64,000 nt of DNA from Cyanophora paradoxa CCMP329 (GCA_004431415.1 QPMI01000564.1:1-64000), one strand, 5' to 3'. Positions 12,540 through 24,260 are shown, counted from the stretch's first letter. Numbers and translations: made by a program. Notes: generated by a model not told the origin, from the sequence alone.

Positions 12540-15500
12540 GTGGTGCACGCGCGAGCGCTCGCGCGGGCGGCGGCGGCGGCGGCGTCGGCGTCGTTGACGA
12601 TCGCCGCGGATCTCAGCGTGGGCGATCGCCGCTGTACTCGGCGTTCTGGCCGCTGCGGGCGCCCGGCCACTCCCTTGCGAGTCAGACTGGCGCGATGCGC
12701 TAGCCGGCGCGTACCAGAAGACCAAGAGAATCGCCGTGTAGAGAGTGTAGAGCCAGTCGCCCACGAGGGGCAGAGACCGACTATCGGAGCGCGAAGCGCC
12801 TTGCGGCGCTAAGCGCGGTGGATAGATACGGGATGGCCTTTCAGCGATGCCCGCGGTTCTCTCGACGCTTCCCAGCGACGAGAGACGACAGTAATGCCTT
12901 GCGGCATTCAGGTTGGGATGTGTCTCGCGCGCGACTCCGTCCTGCGGGGACGGTGAACTCGCGCGGCGGGAACAGACCGGCGCAGCTGCGGGCTTCGAGG
13001 TGCCGTCGCAGTCGCGCTTACTAGTCGCGTCGCCACCTCCGGTACCACTCCTGCGTACCGGGGTGGCGGCGCGGTCCTGATCCCCCAAATCTGCATGCGT
13101 GCGCTCCTCCTCGCCCGCGCAGCGCATCAGCGGTGTACCTGTCGCGCGGTCTACACTACTGTGGTCTTCGCTTATGGCTGCGAGACCACCAGACCGCGTT
13201 CCAGGAGCGCCGTGGCCGCCCGGCGCAGGCCCACCCCGAAGGATGGCCGGGTCACTTTGAGCGACCCAGGGAGAGCGTAGCCGCCCTAGGAAGGCCGCTA
13301 CGCCCGACGCATGCTGATTTTTGGGGTACAGCATTCCCCAACGATGGCCGTGGCTACGTAGACGCGTTGATGGACGCGCATCGCGCGCAGGTTCCAGCGA
13401 GCTCTCCGGCTGCGCATCCCGTCTACACGCTTAGCCCAGTAGGGGCGGGCGTCAAATTCGCCCCTCGGGCCGAGCGGGATGCCGAGCGTGGACGTGGACT
13501 TGACCCAGCGGATCGGAATCGCTTGGGTCCATGCTGGGAGGGTGACCGGGTGGCCGGGCCGCTTTGTCGGTGCTGCGGCTCCCGTGAACATGCCTTCGGT
13601 TTTGCCGAGATTGAGCGAGGAGCCGTTGTACTTCCCTGCTTTCTGGTACTTAGCTATGGTTTTCTTAACTGGCAGACCGGGGTCTGGGCTGCGGGGATTG
13701 ATCTTGAGCGAGTGCGCTGCGTCGTCGGCGTATTGGACCAGCTTGGATTCGATCCCGGGGTCCCGAGGGGCGGGTACGCCTGTGATTTCGGGGTCCGCGA
13801 GGATGTCTCGCGTGGTAGGCTCTTGCTGCGTGTTAAAGAACATGCACGCGAATGGGTCGCCCTGGAGAGCGCTGCGCGTAACCGGGATGATGGTTGGGAA
13901 GATCTGCCCGTTGATCATAATTTTTGATCTAGCGCCTTTCGTGATAGCTCGGACGTCGGCGAGGAATTCGGGCGGGAAGCCCTGGACCGCTAGGACCCGG
14001 AGCGCATAGAGGTGTTCTACGCGGTCGTACGCTTTCTCGAAGTCGGTATTTAGTATCACGACATGCTGGTCCGTACGGTCCGCGTGACGGATGACGGCTT
14101 GCATCTGCCAGACGTTGTCTGCCCCAGTGCGGTCCGGCATAAAGCCCGTTTGGACGGAGCTGATGGTGTGCTGGCATGCGGGCGCTATGCGCTTCGCGAG
14201 AACCGCTCCGAGGAGGCGGCGGTCGATTTGCAGGAGGGTGATCGGGCGCCAGTTCTGGATTTTATCGCGGTCTCCTTTCTTATATAGCAGTTGGGTTAGC
14301 CCCGTGCGTTGGCGCTTCGATAGGGTGCCCAGCGCGCGCGCGCAGTTATAGCTTTCTGTGACTATCGGGCCGAGGATGTCCCAGAACGTGAGATAGAACT
14401 TTACGGTGAGGCCGTCCTCGCCCGGCGCTGTCGACTTATTCATCTCTTTTAGGCTTTCCTCGATCTCGCCAACCGTATAGGAGGCGCGCATCGGGGGGTG
14501 CAAGGGCGGGGGCGCTGTATCGAGGCAGCGGGATAAGAGCTCGGCCTCCTCACACGTGAGGGGGTCGGCGGGGGTGAGAAGGTGGGCGGTGCGCAGTTTC
14601 TCGACGACCGCCGGGAAAGCGGCGGCGGCTTCCGGCGTCACGTCTACGGGGCCCGAGGCTCCCGGTTCCGAAGACGGGCGAGCGCCTTCCGGCTCGGGCC
14701 CCGTGGGCTGCGGGTTCGGCCTAGCCGTTCCCTGGTGCGGGCGAGCGCCTTCAGGCTCCGACCCCGCGGTGGTGCCTGGGCGAGCATTGGAATGCTCCGT
14801 TGCCCGTGGTTCTTGGCGGCGGGCCGGGGCCGCCGGAGCCGTGGGCGGCGTGGCCGCCGGGAGGTCGGGGGGGAGCGGGCGTTGGGCCGCGAGGAGCTCC
14901 GTGTAGTATGCGCAGGCGTGCGCCGCCATGTCTTCCTCCGTCGTGGCCGCCGGGGTACCCTCTCGCGGGGGGTACGGCTGCAGCGAGCGCATACGGTTGT
15001 CAGCCGAGGAGTACTTAATATGACGGGCGAGCTCGGGGGGGACTGTGTGCACGTGCGCGAGGGAGCGCTCTAGGTGCTTGCGGGAGCTAAGAGCCGCGTC
15101 TGCGGCATCGAGCGCTGCTTCCTGGACGGTCAGGTAGCCCATATCGGCGACCGCGTAGTCTTCTTCGGTGGTGTCTACCTTCGCGTCTTGGAGCGCTTGT
15201 TCCGCGTCGCGCCAGAGGCCTGCGATCACTTCGCGGGCGTCTCGGACTTCCGAGTCAGCCTGGGGGCGGGTGCGGCGGGCGATCTCCCTGTATGCAGCGA
15301 AGAGCTCGTCGAGCCAGCGCTGCCACTCCGTGGTGCCGAGAGCCGGCTGGCGAGTGAGCGCTTCGGCCGTGCAGGCCCGCACGGACCGCTGGAACGGCGG
15401 GAAGTGGAGGATGCGGTCGTGGAGCCTGAAGCGGGCCGCTCGGGGCGCGATGATGGCGTCCGTATGGAGCCGCGCGTAGACCGCGTCGTGGTCAGGGCGC

Positions 15501-15877
15501 GGGGCCGCGCCCGCCGTGCGAAGGATACCGACGCGCTCCGCCGCGACGCAGAGGTCGGCGGAGAGGAGGGCGTAGTCCAGGCGCGCCGCGTTCTGGTCGA
15601 AGCGGTTCGTCTTGCGGTGCCAGCGCGTGTAGATGCGGTCTCGTGGCCGCCTGCGGCGATGTTCGTCGAACAGGTCCAAGTCAGCCATGAGATCGGACCA
15701 GTGCCCGAAGGGGGGCGGTGCGCCGGCGCGGCGGCGGCTTTCTAAATGCGGGAGCGCGTAAGCGTTTAGGTCGCCGCCTAGAGTGAGGGCGTCGTTCGGG
15801 GGAAGCTGGAGCGATTCGATCGCCTGGGTGACGCCTGCCGCCAGGCGTTTCTGCGAGGCTGCGTCATTAGGGGCGTA
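12540..15877 (-). mobile_element. Non-LTR retrotransposon (L1/Tx1-like LINE), 5' part cut off by element 1; 3' boundary approximate
   Basis: APE endonuclease plus reverse transcriptase ORF, with a frameshifted C-terminal region continuing below 13298. GC content drops abruptly after ~15900. Confidence 0.85.
13298..15877 (-). pseudogene. LINE ORF2 (APE endonuclease + reverse transcriptase), N-terminally truncated and frameshifted near 13335
   Basis: Endonuclease motifs YAPN, LGGDLN, RLDYALLS, PDHDAV. RT motifs APGEDGLT, NWRPITLL, QTGFMPDR, DFEKAYDRVEH, LQGDP, QYADD. The ATG-TGT at 15883-15878 comes from the inserted element, not the LINE. Confidence 0.92.
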
Positions 15878-16173
15878 ACACATAGAGAAAGCCCGCGTTT
15901 TATCCCTCGGCTAAGTTTAATTATATTTTGTTTATATTTTACCTATATTTATTGCATATTTTACGTATATTTATGTGTATTTATCCTTTATTCTTGTCTT
16001 TTATGTGCGTATTTCGTATAAATTACTAACGTAACCCTTACTGAAATTTAATTTATTCGTATCTCCGATGTATTTTACCTCTATCTCTCGTAATCATTTG
16101 TATTTGAGGTGGATTTTAAACTTATTTAAATTATATCACGCCTCCTGATAAAACGCGGGCTTTCTCTATGTGT
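15878..16173. repeat. Terminal inverted repeat/hairpin of element 1 (27-bp perfect arms, 242-bp AT-rich spacer)
   Basis: ACACATAGAGAAAGCCCGCGTTTTATC (15878-15904) is the reverse complement of 16147-16173. Confidence 0.95.
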
Positions 16174-16465
16174 GATATTACGCATTATCGTGTATAATGA
16201 TATGGAAATAATATGTGTATGCATTATAATGAAATACTTTGAAAAATATGTATTTAATTATACAAGAAATATGTATGAAATTATAATGAAATTCCATCGA
16301 AAAATAATAAAATGTTCTGTGGATTAAATGCGTATCGTATATGGAGCGGATATGGCGCGTTGTAAACAGCTACAATGTGCTGTAAGGAGCGCGTGACGTG
16401 TAATACAATAAGGATATTATAGTATTCTAAATAGATCTTGTGTTATTATAATGGTATTTTCTATG

Positions 16466-16556
16466 TGTAACAGGTGTAACAGGTTCATCCCAAACTTTCC
16501 CCTAGGAGGAGGTCGGCGGTTTGGGAGTTTGGGATAGACCTGTTACACCCGTTACA
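16466..16556. promoter_or_regulatory. Putative origin-like cassette A1: inverted tandem TGTAACAGG iterons
   Basis: TGTAACAGGTGTAACAGG, ~55 bp, then CCTGTTACACCCGTTACA. Repeated at 16698 and 28371. Function is inferred. Confidence 0.55.
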
Positions 16557-16697
16557 ACGTAAACAACTACAATGTGCTGTATGGAACGCGGGGCGTATAA
16601 TACAACAAGGATAATATATGATACTTTATGATTACTTATAGTATTCTTTATGACTGAGATTATGTTATTTTAATGGGTTCTTACTGATAATGGTATT

Positions 16698-16788
16698 TGT
16701 AACAGGTGTTACGGGTTCATCCCAAACTTTCCCCTAGGAGAAGGTCGGCGGCTTGGAACTTTGGGGAGAACCTGTTACACCTGTTACA
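16698..16788. promoter_or_regulatory. Putative origin-like cassette A2
   Basis: Near-identical direct copy of 16466-16556. Confidence 0.55.
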
Positions 16789-17268
16789 CTACACTGAAAA
16801 TACATAAATTAACCTGTTACATCTTCTTTTACCACTTATTACCGTGTCGGAAATCTCGATAGCTTATGTCTCTCCGTTTGCGGAGATCCACCAAAGATAC
16901 CTATTATCCTCTCTTCTATTAAACATGATATATTACATGTCTTTCGCTCCGCTAAAAGAAAAGATCTTTAAACTAAACAGTAAAATCAGTTTATTGAGTA
17001 ATTTATAAAAATAATTTGGTTGTTCATCAATAAACACTTACAGTAAACTGTTTTACTGTCTGTTCTATCGTTAACTCTTTCACATTTTGCGAAAACCTTG
17101 ACAATAAAACACTCAGGTAGCCTGATTTTATTGACAGTAAAAATGAAAGCCTCACTGTATATCGTGCGAAAAATGAAAAGCCCCGTGAGCTACACAAATT
17201 GATTTAAGGAAGTTGTGATATAGAGGGTTAAGAAAGAAAAATATTTTCTGTGTAAGAGATAAGTAACA

Positions 17269-17589
17269 ATGGAACCCGTAGCTGATATACCACCTTTCCG
17301 TGAAAATAACAATAGAATTCGCGCTTACAATATTCCGATAGAAGGAAATCCTGCTTTTTCAGAAATTCTTAAATTAAGTATGTTTGCTAATATGCAAATG
17401 CTAACGGTTATACAAGCTATTGAATTTGGACGACATGGATTCGGTGATGATCTTAAACTTACTCATATCTCATCTATTGGATATTATCCGTCTAATACCA
17501 AAGAAGTATATGTTCATACCTATGATAATCGGTTTTGTCGGCTGTATGAAGATGAAGTAGACAAGATCCGTGCTCCTGCGGAGCACTAA
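17269..17589 (+). CDS. Hypothetical viral protein (106 aa)
   Basis: ATG preceded by the conserved ATTTAAGG...AAAAATATTTTCT motif; AT-rich codons. Confidence 0.7.
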   Translation: MEPVADIPPFRENNNRIRAYNIPIEGNPAFSEILKLSMFANMQMLTVIQAIEFGRHGFGDDLKLTHISSIGYYPSNTKEVYVHTYDNRFCRLYEDEVDKIRAPAEH

Positions 17590-17729
17590 GTACGGCGAAG
17601 CCTCGCGGACGCCCTCGCGGCTGTCACAGTCGGCCTATAGGGCACTGGCCAGCGGCCTGGCCGATCGCGAACAGCTTTCTGGCTGGAAGCTGGCTGGCTG
17701 ACGGCCAGTCCAGCTACTACTGGCCGGCT

Positions 17730-19190
17730 AGAGGAATATAACTAGAGAAATATTAATGTACTGAGGAAATAAAGGGAGGCCGGATCCCGGTGCAGGTTGA
17801 GAGGAGATGCATAATATAATATTGTTGAGAGGGAGGCCCGGAAGGGGCGAGGTTCTCGCGGCCAGGCGCATGCACAGAGCTTGCGAATCGCTTAAACAGA
17901 ATCTCGAATGCATATAGCATCGATGTGCGGGGCTACGGAGGCGAGGGCGCGCGGAAAGACGTGCAGGTCCATGCAGGATCGAATTTTCGGGGTCGGCTGG
18001 GTCCTCGCGCCCTGTCGCGCCCTTGGGGCTTGCATTACGCTTTGAAAAGCTCTCAAATGAATATTATAGCGATGCCCATGCGCAAGAATGCGAGGGCGCG
18101 CGGAAAGCGGTTCAGGTCCCTCAAGGATCGAATTTTCGGGGTCGGCTGGGTCCCCGCGGCCCGGCGCATCTGCAAAGCGTGCGGAACGCTTGATCTACAT
18201 CTCAAATGCTTATGCTATTGTTCCGCGCATGCGCCGCGGCGTGGGCGCGCGGAAAGATGTCCGGGCCCGTGCAGGATCGAATTTTTGCCGCCGGCTGGGT
18301 TCGCGTGCTCTTTCGCGTCTTCGAAGCTTGTGGAAGGCTTTGATAAAATCTCAAATGAATATTGTACCGATGCGCATGCGCAAGAATGCGAGGGCGCGCG
18401 GAAAGATGTTCAGGTCTGTCAAGGATCAAATTTTCGGGGTCGGCTGGGTCCTCGCGGCCTGGTGCATTTAGAGACCGTGCGAAAGGCTTCTTCTACATCT
18501 CAAATGCTTATGCTATTGTTGCGCGCATGCGCCGCAGCGTGAGCGCGCGGAAAGATGTCCGGGCCCGTGCAGGATCGAATTTTTGCCATCGGGTACCTTC
18601 CTGCGCTATTCCGGCTCCAAAAAGCGGATTTCGGGGGTGTGCAGGCGCTGCTATGTGTATGCGCGCCAGTTCGCATCGATTGCGCGCGTCGAGGGACCGG
18701 GCGGGACCGGCTGGATCAATGTTTCGAATTCGGCCGATTCTTCGCACTGGAGCGTCGAGGGCGCCCGAAATCGAGCTTGCGGCGATGCGCTCGCGCTCGC
18801 GCGTCATTCTGTATCGTTCTGGGGCGTCCCTGGCGCGATTTCGTCGCGGGACCGGGCGGGACCGGGTCCCACCTTCTGACTCGCACTGCGTTTGTCGGAG
18901 GTTAAGTACCGGAATTGATCCTGGAGGGAATTCGATTTTCGCGGGACGCCCACGGGAGAGCGGTCGTCTTAGGGGAGCCAGGACGCTAAAAATGGATCTA
19001 GAGAGGTCTGTGGGGGTTAGGGTAGGTGAGTCATTAGCGGCAATCGCGTCCGTGTCGAGGCAGAATTAATAATTCTGCCTCGAGGGAGTGCGACACGGAA
19101 ATTATTTAGCAGGGGGGATCTTGAGTGGAAAAAAAGGTTAAAAAAGGAATTAGGGTCGTCGGTTTTTGGGTTTGAGAAAGAGGCTTCGCC
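17730..19190 (+). repeat. Diverged single copy of the 1.3-kb macrosatellite unit inside element 1
   Basis: GGGGCGAGGTTCTCGCGGCCAGGCGCATG and ~149-bp subrepeats match the 34.6-44.3 kb array. Collinear anchors GAGTGGAAAAAAA and AAGAGGCTTCGCC extend to 19190. Confidence 0.85.
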
Positions 19191-19587
19191 TGATGAGGAT
19201 GTAAGGGTAAACATTGATAATTATCGGAAAATCTTAGACTTAACGGATGTTTTCAATGATGAAATTGAGCTACAAAATGAATTAACATTTCTTTTGGTTC
19301 GTGTAAGGGATTATATAGGTAAAAATGCTCGTCGGCTCGAAATTGAAAGGTTGCTACGTCGGGTTTATCTTGATGTGCCAAAACGTGATCTATCACGTGT
19401 TCATGATAAATTCGAAAAATACGGTTTAGTCATCAGAAGCCGTGTAAGTCTCCGTAAGTTGCTATATAAACATGGTGCAATTTGGACAACACGGACAGGA
19501 TGGTATATAGCCGAAAAAAATGAGAGTAATGAAATACTTGTGGACATTTTCGGTGCGCGGCATTACCCATATATTGATGAGTTTTAG
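19191..19587 (+). pseudogene. Hypothetical protein lacking an ATG (probably 5'-truncated)
   Basis: The frame is open from 19030 to 19587 with no ATG. AT-rich coding-like sequence begins right after the repeat copy. Confidence 0.45.
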
Positions 19588-19688
19588 GCAAAAATTGAAA
19601 GCCCCGTGAGCAACACAAAATGATTTAAGGAAGTTGCGATATATAGGGGTAAGAAAGAAAGAGAAAAATTTTTCCGTGACGTATTACA

Positions 19689-19967
19689 ATGTCGCGTGCT
19701 GAAATGTTTAAGGAGATCTCCGATATCATGGAAGCCGCCGAATACTTCTATAAAGAAAACGATACCCTTTACCCTTCTCTGTCTCAAATTGTGGCGATCG
19801 GTTTTTTAGCTGATAGACCCGACCGACTGTATGCAAAGAGTGATGAAAACCACTTTTTCCACTATCAAAAGCAAACTTTAAAAAGAGGAAAGGTGGAATA
19901 CAACGTTAAAGCACTGTTTAACTTTGGCGGCGAGTTCATCCCTCTTATCGAATTCAAAAACCACTAA
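19689..19967 (+). CDS. Hypothetical viral protein (92 aa)
   Basis: The ~100 bp upstream is a near-duplicate of the region upstream of 17269. Confidence 0.7.
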   Translation: MSRAEMFKEISDIMEAAEYFYKENDTLYPSLSQIVAIGFLADRPDRLYAKSDENHFFHYQKQTLKRGKVEYNVKALFNFGGEFIPLIEFKNH

Positions 19968-20875
19968 TCATTACCTAACGCTAAAAATTCCAATTGGAAC
20001 GAATTATCGATACCGTTCATATCTACAACATCACCGTAATAATCACGAAACTCTACCGTTAACTCATTAATCACCAAATTACGATCGTTTATTTTTATGT
20101 ATTCGCCATGCTCTCCGCTATGGTAGATATACTTCCCGATGTCCTGACTTAATTGTAAACGCAAAATTGCGCCTTGGTTCTGTGGTTGCGATCGTGGAAC
20201 TATGTTATGGTTTGCCGCAAATGTGGCAATTTCTTTAATGTGCATATAAATGTATTGTTCAGCGTTCATATCCGCCATCTTTGGACTAACCCCTTTAAAA
20301 GCCATCGGTGCCGCTACTAACTCCGCTCCCTCGAATGTTATACCCCACTGTGGGTGATCCGGTGTTATCGGAGTCCCCGCATAAAATAAGATATTTTCGG
20401 GAGCATATAAAGACCTATTATTATCTATTATCTGTTCTGCGCTTCCTAATAATGTTGTTGCACTGAGACCCAATAACTTAGCTATCCTATTGTTTCCGGC
20501 GATGAGTTCAAAAGCATAATTACTATAAAACTCTAACTTGTATGTCGTCGGATTGTAGTATATCTTAAATAATATATTGTCAGTAACGGCATAATTTAAA
20601 CCATAATTATATGGCTGTGTCACCCCGAAGTGTCCTTGGTTTATGTTACCACTCGGTAACGGAAATACTTGCTGATTGACATAAACGCCATCAATATTAT
20701 ATCGTATGTAAATAAAATCGGTTCCTATTGAATTATAGATACTGTTCGGAATCTCAGCATACAAAACGCGACATTGCCGCGGTTTGGTTATTCGTCTTGT
20801 GAGTGCAACCCTATAAGAGTTTTCTTTTTGTCCTTGTTGTCGATCTCTACTATCGACATTGATAAGACGAATCAT
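19964..20875 (-). CDS. Minor capsid (penton-like) protein A
   Basis: N-terminal VDSRDR...YAEIPNSIYN and C-terminal DYYGDVVDMNGIDNSFQLEF, as in PLV/NCLDV single jelly-roll minor capsid proteins. Confidence 0.75.
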   Translation of the reverse strand: MIRLINVDSRDRQQGQKENSYRVALTRRITKPRQCRVLYAEIPNSIYNSIGTDFIYIRYNIDGVYVNQQVFPLPSGNINQGHFGVTQPYNYGLNYAVTDNILFKIYYNPTTYKLEFYSNYAFELIAGNNRIAKLLGLSATTLLGSAEQIIDNNRSLYAPENILFYAGTPITPDHPQWGITFEGAELVAAPMAFKGVSPKMADMNAEQYIYMHIKEIATFAANHNIVPRSQPQNQGAILRLQLSQDIGKYIYHSGEHGEYIKINDRNLVINELTVEFRDYYGDVVDMNGIDNSFQLEFLALGND

Positions 20876-20904
20876 TTTATTATATGAATATAGATTAAAG
20901 AAAC

Positions 20905-21915
20905 ATGCCGGTCAAATATGTCGAAGTTTCATCATTTAGACAGGCTCCTAATCTCGATGCGCCGACGTCTAAGTTTATCGCTGAATTACCAAAGATGTAT
21001 GAGAATGTAAGAGCTGTCCGACTTGTTTCGGCGGAATTCTATAACTCCATTCCTCTTATCAGCGGTGAAAGTGTCCCCGGAGATGTCACAGTTAATGATT
21101 CTTTCACTATTAATTTTAGTATCGCTAATTCAGCTATCAACTCTACCAATGCACCCGCTCCCGGTTTCGATGTTTGGCGCTCGATTCGTCCCGGTCAAAG
21201 TAGCGGAAGCTTAGTAATTAATACGCATCAGGAATTAGTAAACCGTATTAATACTCGGTTTACTGGTTTAACACCCGATCCTCAAATTAGGTGTAAATGG
21301 GATACCAAAAATAAACGCGTAATATTCTATGCTCCACATGAATTTTACATAGCATTCACAACTGCTAAGGATCCTTCTAGTTCAATGGCTGAAAAATCAA
21401 ACCGACACGGTCGTATGCTTGGACTCGATGCCGGAAGAGCCGGTAACCGTTTCATCAAATCTAACATTTACTCAACTGAATATGATTCAGTTTTTACCGG
21501 TGCTAATGTTCATGGTATCATCTCTACATTCCCTACTAAGAGTTGCAAAGATAACGTATTATTTGTAAGAGTAAAAGAACTGGGTGACCTCGTTCAATGT
21601 GCCGATGGTCTCCTATCTGGATACTTCCATAAACTCGTGGTGCAAGATAAAGACTTTGCGGAACACGTTGTTTATAACTCAACAGAAGCAAACCCGTTAT
21701 ATAAATATTATGGTAAATCATTCTCTATTTCTCAATTGTCTGTAGAAATTGTGAATGCTCAAAACGAATTAATTGATTTCGAAGGGCAACCTGTGCATTT
21801 AACTTTCGAAATCCGATATGGAAATGAGCCCGCCGGTGATCCTATTTATGAGTATTTCAAAATGCGGATGGCGGAAACGCATCCAAATTATCCGGTGATT
21901 TGCAATTTTGGATAA
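20905..21915 (+). CDS. Minor capsid (penton-like) protein B
   Basis: LPKMYENVRAVRLVSAEFYNS and LSVEIVNAQNELIDFEGQPVHLTFEI; paralogue of protein A. Confidence 0.72.
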   Translation: MPVKYVEVSSFRQAPNLDAPTSKFIAELPKMYENVRAVRLVSAEFYNSIPLISGESVPGDVTVNDSFTINFSIANSAINSTNAPAPGFDVWRSIRPGQSSGSLVINTHQELVNRINTRFTGLTPDPQIRCKWDTKNKRVIFYAPHEFYIAFTTAKDPSSSMAEKSNRHGRMLGLDAGRAGNRFIKSNIYSTEYDSVFTGANVHGIISTFPTKSCKDNVLFVRVKELGDLVQCADGLLSGYFHKLVVQDKDFAEHVVYNSTEANPLYKYYGKSFSISQLSVEIVNAQNELIDFEGQPVHLTFEIRYGNEPAGDPIYEYFKMRMAETHPNYPVICNFG

Positions 21916-21966
21916 TTAAGGATCATTCACAGAATTTTTATATTTTATTATTGTAAAAGAGAAAAC

Positions 21967-23367
21967 ATGGACGTCACCACAACCCTCCAACGTCTTTCCC
22001 TCAAAGAGGCGCTAACCACCCCCGAAGACGCGAAGGCGTTCTTCCTCGATAACTCGCTTATGCTTGGTCTGGAATCGAAGACTAAACCCGTTCTCGTTAC
22101 TGTTAGCCCATCGACAACCTTCCCTAACAACGCTGCGCAACGAGTAAGTTTCAAACTTCCACGTTACAACTTTATCGGTAAGCTGGAACTCGCTTTCGAT
22201 CTAAGCGAAATTGCGGGTTTCATCGGTGATACCGATCTTGTTCGTAATGGTTATGTGCGCCCCGTCGGCGCTCTCGTAGAGCGTCTGGAAATCTCGTATG
22301 GCTCTTACCTTTTCACTGTGCCTTCTGATTTCCTCGCTCACTTCCCTCTGGTTTATTATTCGGAGGATCAGCTAGCGAAAAAGAAACGTTCGGCTGGTTT
22401 CCTACACGGCATCCCACAACACGGAACTAACCGACTTGGTGGGTCATTCTTTGTGGAAATCCCGGTGCCATGGTTAAATAGTTACCTACCCCTTGGCGCG
22501 CTCTCAGGTGAAATGGTAGTTACCGCATGGTTCCGTGACCCCGCTAAGGGTGGATTCATTGAGACTTCTTATGGTGGTCGCGCTCTTCCGGTTGTAGGTG
22601 GAACCGCTGCCGATCAAACCGCTAATGACGGTCTCGGAGACGCTACTTATGTAACCCTTGCTAATGTCGGTCAAAACATCACAACTGGAACCATTACCGG
22701 TCTGTCCATTCCATCATCTGCACCTGTGGATACTATTATGATCACCAACCCACGCCTTTACATGCATGCTGTCAATGTTTCCGATGAGCTGTTCGCTACG
22801 GTCATTGAGAAGGTTAAGACTACTGGTATTGCGATCCCGGCTATCGACATCGGCTACGTCGATGCTTTCGATGTTGCCGCCAACGGCAACAACCAACCCA
22901 ACCGTATTAACATTAGCCAAATGTCGGGGCTTGCTTTCGCTCTTCTATTCTCGGTTCGTGACTACCTTAAAACCGGTCAGGATAACAGCGGCTCCCACAG
23001 TGTCCTTAAAACATATGCGGACTCGAAGGATATCACATACACTGTGGAGATTAACGGACAGCGTCTTTATTCCACGGAGCCTATCCCACTCCTCAAAGGT
23101 GCGGAACTCATCGCTGATGCATTCAAGTGTTCGAATATGGACAAGGAAGCTAACCGCTATGTCCTGTCCGGTCTTCCGTTCTGTCTGGACGGAGAGAAGG
23201 CGATTCGTAACATCGCCCAAAGTGGTTATGTCGATCTAACTAACTCCTCATCAAGTTTCCTTACCCTCTACGTCCCACAAAACATGCGCCTTACTGTTAA
23301 CGTGCGCGCTCTCATGCACACTATGTTAATTTGTGATCGCGACGGTCTCAGGCGAGTCAATCTCTAA
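21967..23367 (+). CDS. Major capsid protein (probable double jelly-roll)
   Basis: 466 aa, beta-rich. VSFKLPRYNFIGKLEL resembles the NCLDV/PLV MCP N-terminus. Lies between penton and ATPase; homologue at 56806. Confidence 0.75.
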   Translation: MDVTTTLQRLSLKEALTTPEDAKAFFLDNSLMLGLESKTKPVLVTVSPSTTFPNNAAQRVSFKLPRYNFIGKLELAFDLSEIAGFIGDTDLVRNGYVRPVGALVERLEISYGSYLFTVPSDFLAHFPLVYYSEDQLAKKKRSAGFLHGIPQHGTNRLGGSFFVEIPVPWLNSYLPLGALSGEMVVTAWFRDPAKGGFIETSYGGRALPVVGGTAADQTANDGLGDATYVTLANVGQNITTGTITGLSIPSSAPVDTIMITNPRLYMHAVNVSDELFATVIEKVKTTGIAIPAIDIGYVDAFDVAANGNNQPNRINISQMSGLAFALLFSVRDYLKTGQDNSGSHSVLKTYADSKDITYTVEINGQRLYSTEPIPLLKGAELIADAFKCSNMDKEANRYVLSGLPFCLDGEKAIRNIAQSGYVDLTNSSSSFLTLYVPQNMRLTVNVRALMHTMLICDRDGLRRVNL

Positions 23368-23449
23368 TAAAGAATGTATGTGTTTGTTACCATTATTTAG
23401 TCATATTTCGTTATTTTTATCTGTCTTTATTCAGAAGATCTACAACACC

Positions 23450-24232
23450 ATGGATGATGTCCCCGAATTTAACGCTGGCGAAATGATAAAACCACCTTTT
23501 CGCGTCCTTGCAATCGGAAAATCGGCTACGGGTAAGTCGGAAGCGGTAAAGTATTGGTTAAAACAGTTACACGATCAAAAAAAGTTAGATGTCGTTTTAG
23601 TTGTAAGTGGAACCGCATTTAATCATTTCTGGAATAATGTAGCTACTATACAGCTCGGTAAATGGGATGCGCCTTACATCGCTAAACTTCTCGATGAAAG
23701 ACAAGAGAAAATAGAGAAAGGAGAACCTGTTAACCAATTGTGTGTAGTTCTCGATGATCTTTTAGATAATGAGTTAGTCGACCTAACCCGTGATAAAATT
23801 ATAGGCTCTCTTTACAGTTGGGGGAGGCATTCCCAAATTTCGATAATTTGCATAACTCAGAAACTGCGTAAGGTTTCTTCCACTATTCGCGTTAATTCGG
23901 ATTATGCAATGTTTCTTAGCGCCGCCAATCGCAAAGAACTCGAAGCGATTGAAGAAGAATACAATATAATGCGGGATAAAGACGCTTTTTATAAGATGTT
24001 TGAGGAATACGTGCATTCCTATCAGTTTCTCATTTGGTCATCCGCTGATTATTCGGTAAAGTATTATGTAGATAAAGCGGATCTCGTTAAAAACTTTGGA
24101 TTTCCGCGGTTCCATCGCAAACCTAAAAAGAAAGAAGATGAATTAAAACCACCTGAGAAGGAGGAAGCGCCAAAAGAAATTAAAAGCGCTATTCATACGA
24201 ATAAATTGATGCGATATAAGAGAGGACTTTAA
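23450..24232 (+). CDS. A32-like (FtsK/HerA) DNA packaging ATPase
   Basis: Walker A GKSATGKS, Walker B VVLDD, plus GRH, ITQ and IRVNSDY motifs. Confidence 0.9.
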   Translation: MDDVPEFNAGEMIKPPFRVLAIGKSATGKSEAVKYWLKQLHDQKKLDVVLVVSGTAFNHFWNNVATIQLGKWDAPYIAKLLDERQEKIEKGEPVNQLCVVLDDLLDNELVDLTRDKIIGSLYSWGRHSQISIICITQKLRKVSSTIRVNSDYAMFLSAANRKELEAIEEEYNIMRDKDAFYKMFEEYVHSYQFLIWSSADYSVKYYVDKADLVKNFGFPRFHRKPKKKEDELKPPEKEEAPKEIKSAIHTNKLMRYKRGL

Positions 24233-24260
24233 AAATATCTTCCATATAATTAAAGATACA

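Noticed and set aside
3010-12540. Dozens of overlapping Gly/Ala/Arg-rich ORFs
   Set aside because: They are by-products of a stop-poor GC-rich repeat; at most one frame could be real.
13133-15745. Plus-strand ORFs over the LINE
   Set aside because: Antisense shadows of the reverse transcriptase ORF.
19049-19083. Hairpin TCGAGGCAGAATT-AAT-AATTCTGCCTCGA
   Set aside because: The stem is real but single and not conserved in the array, so no function can be supported.
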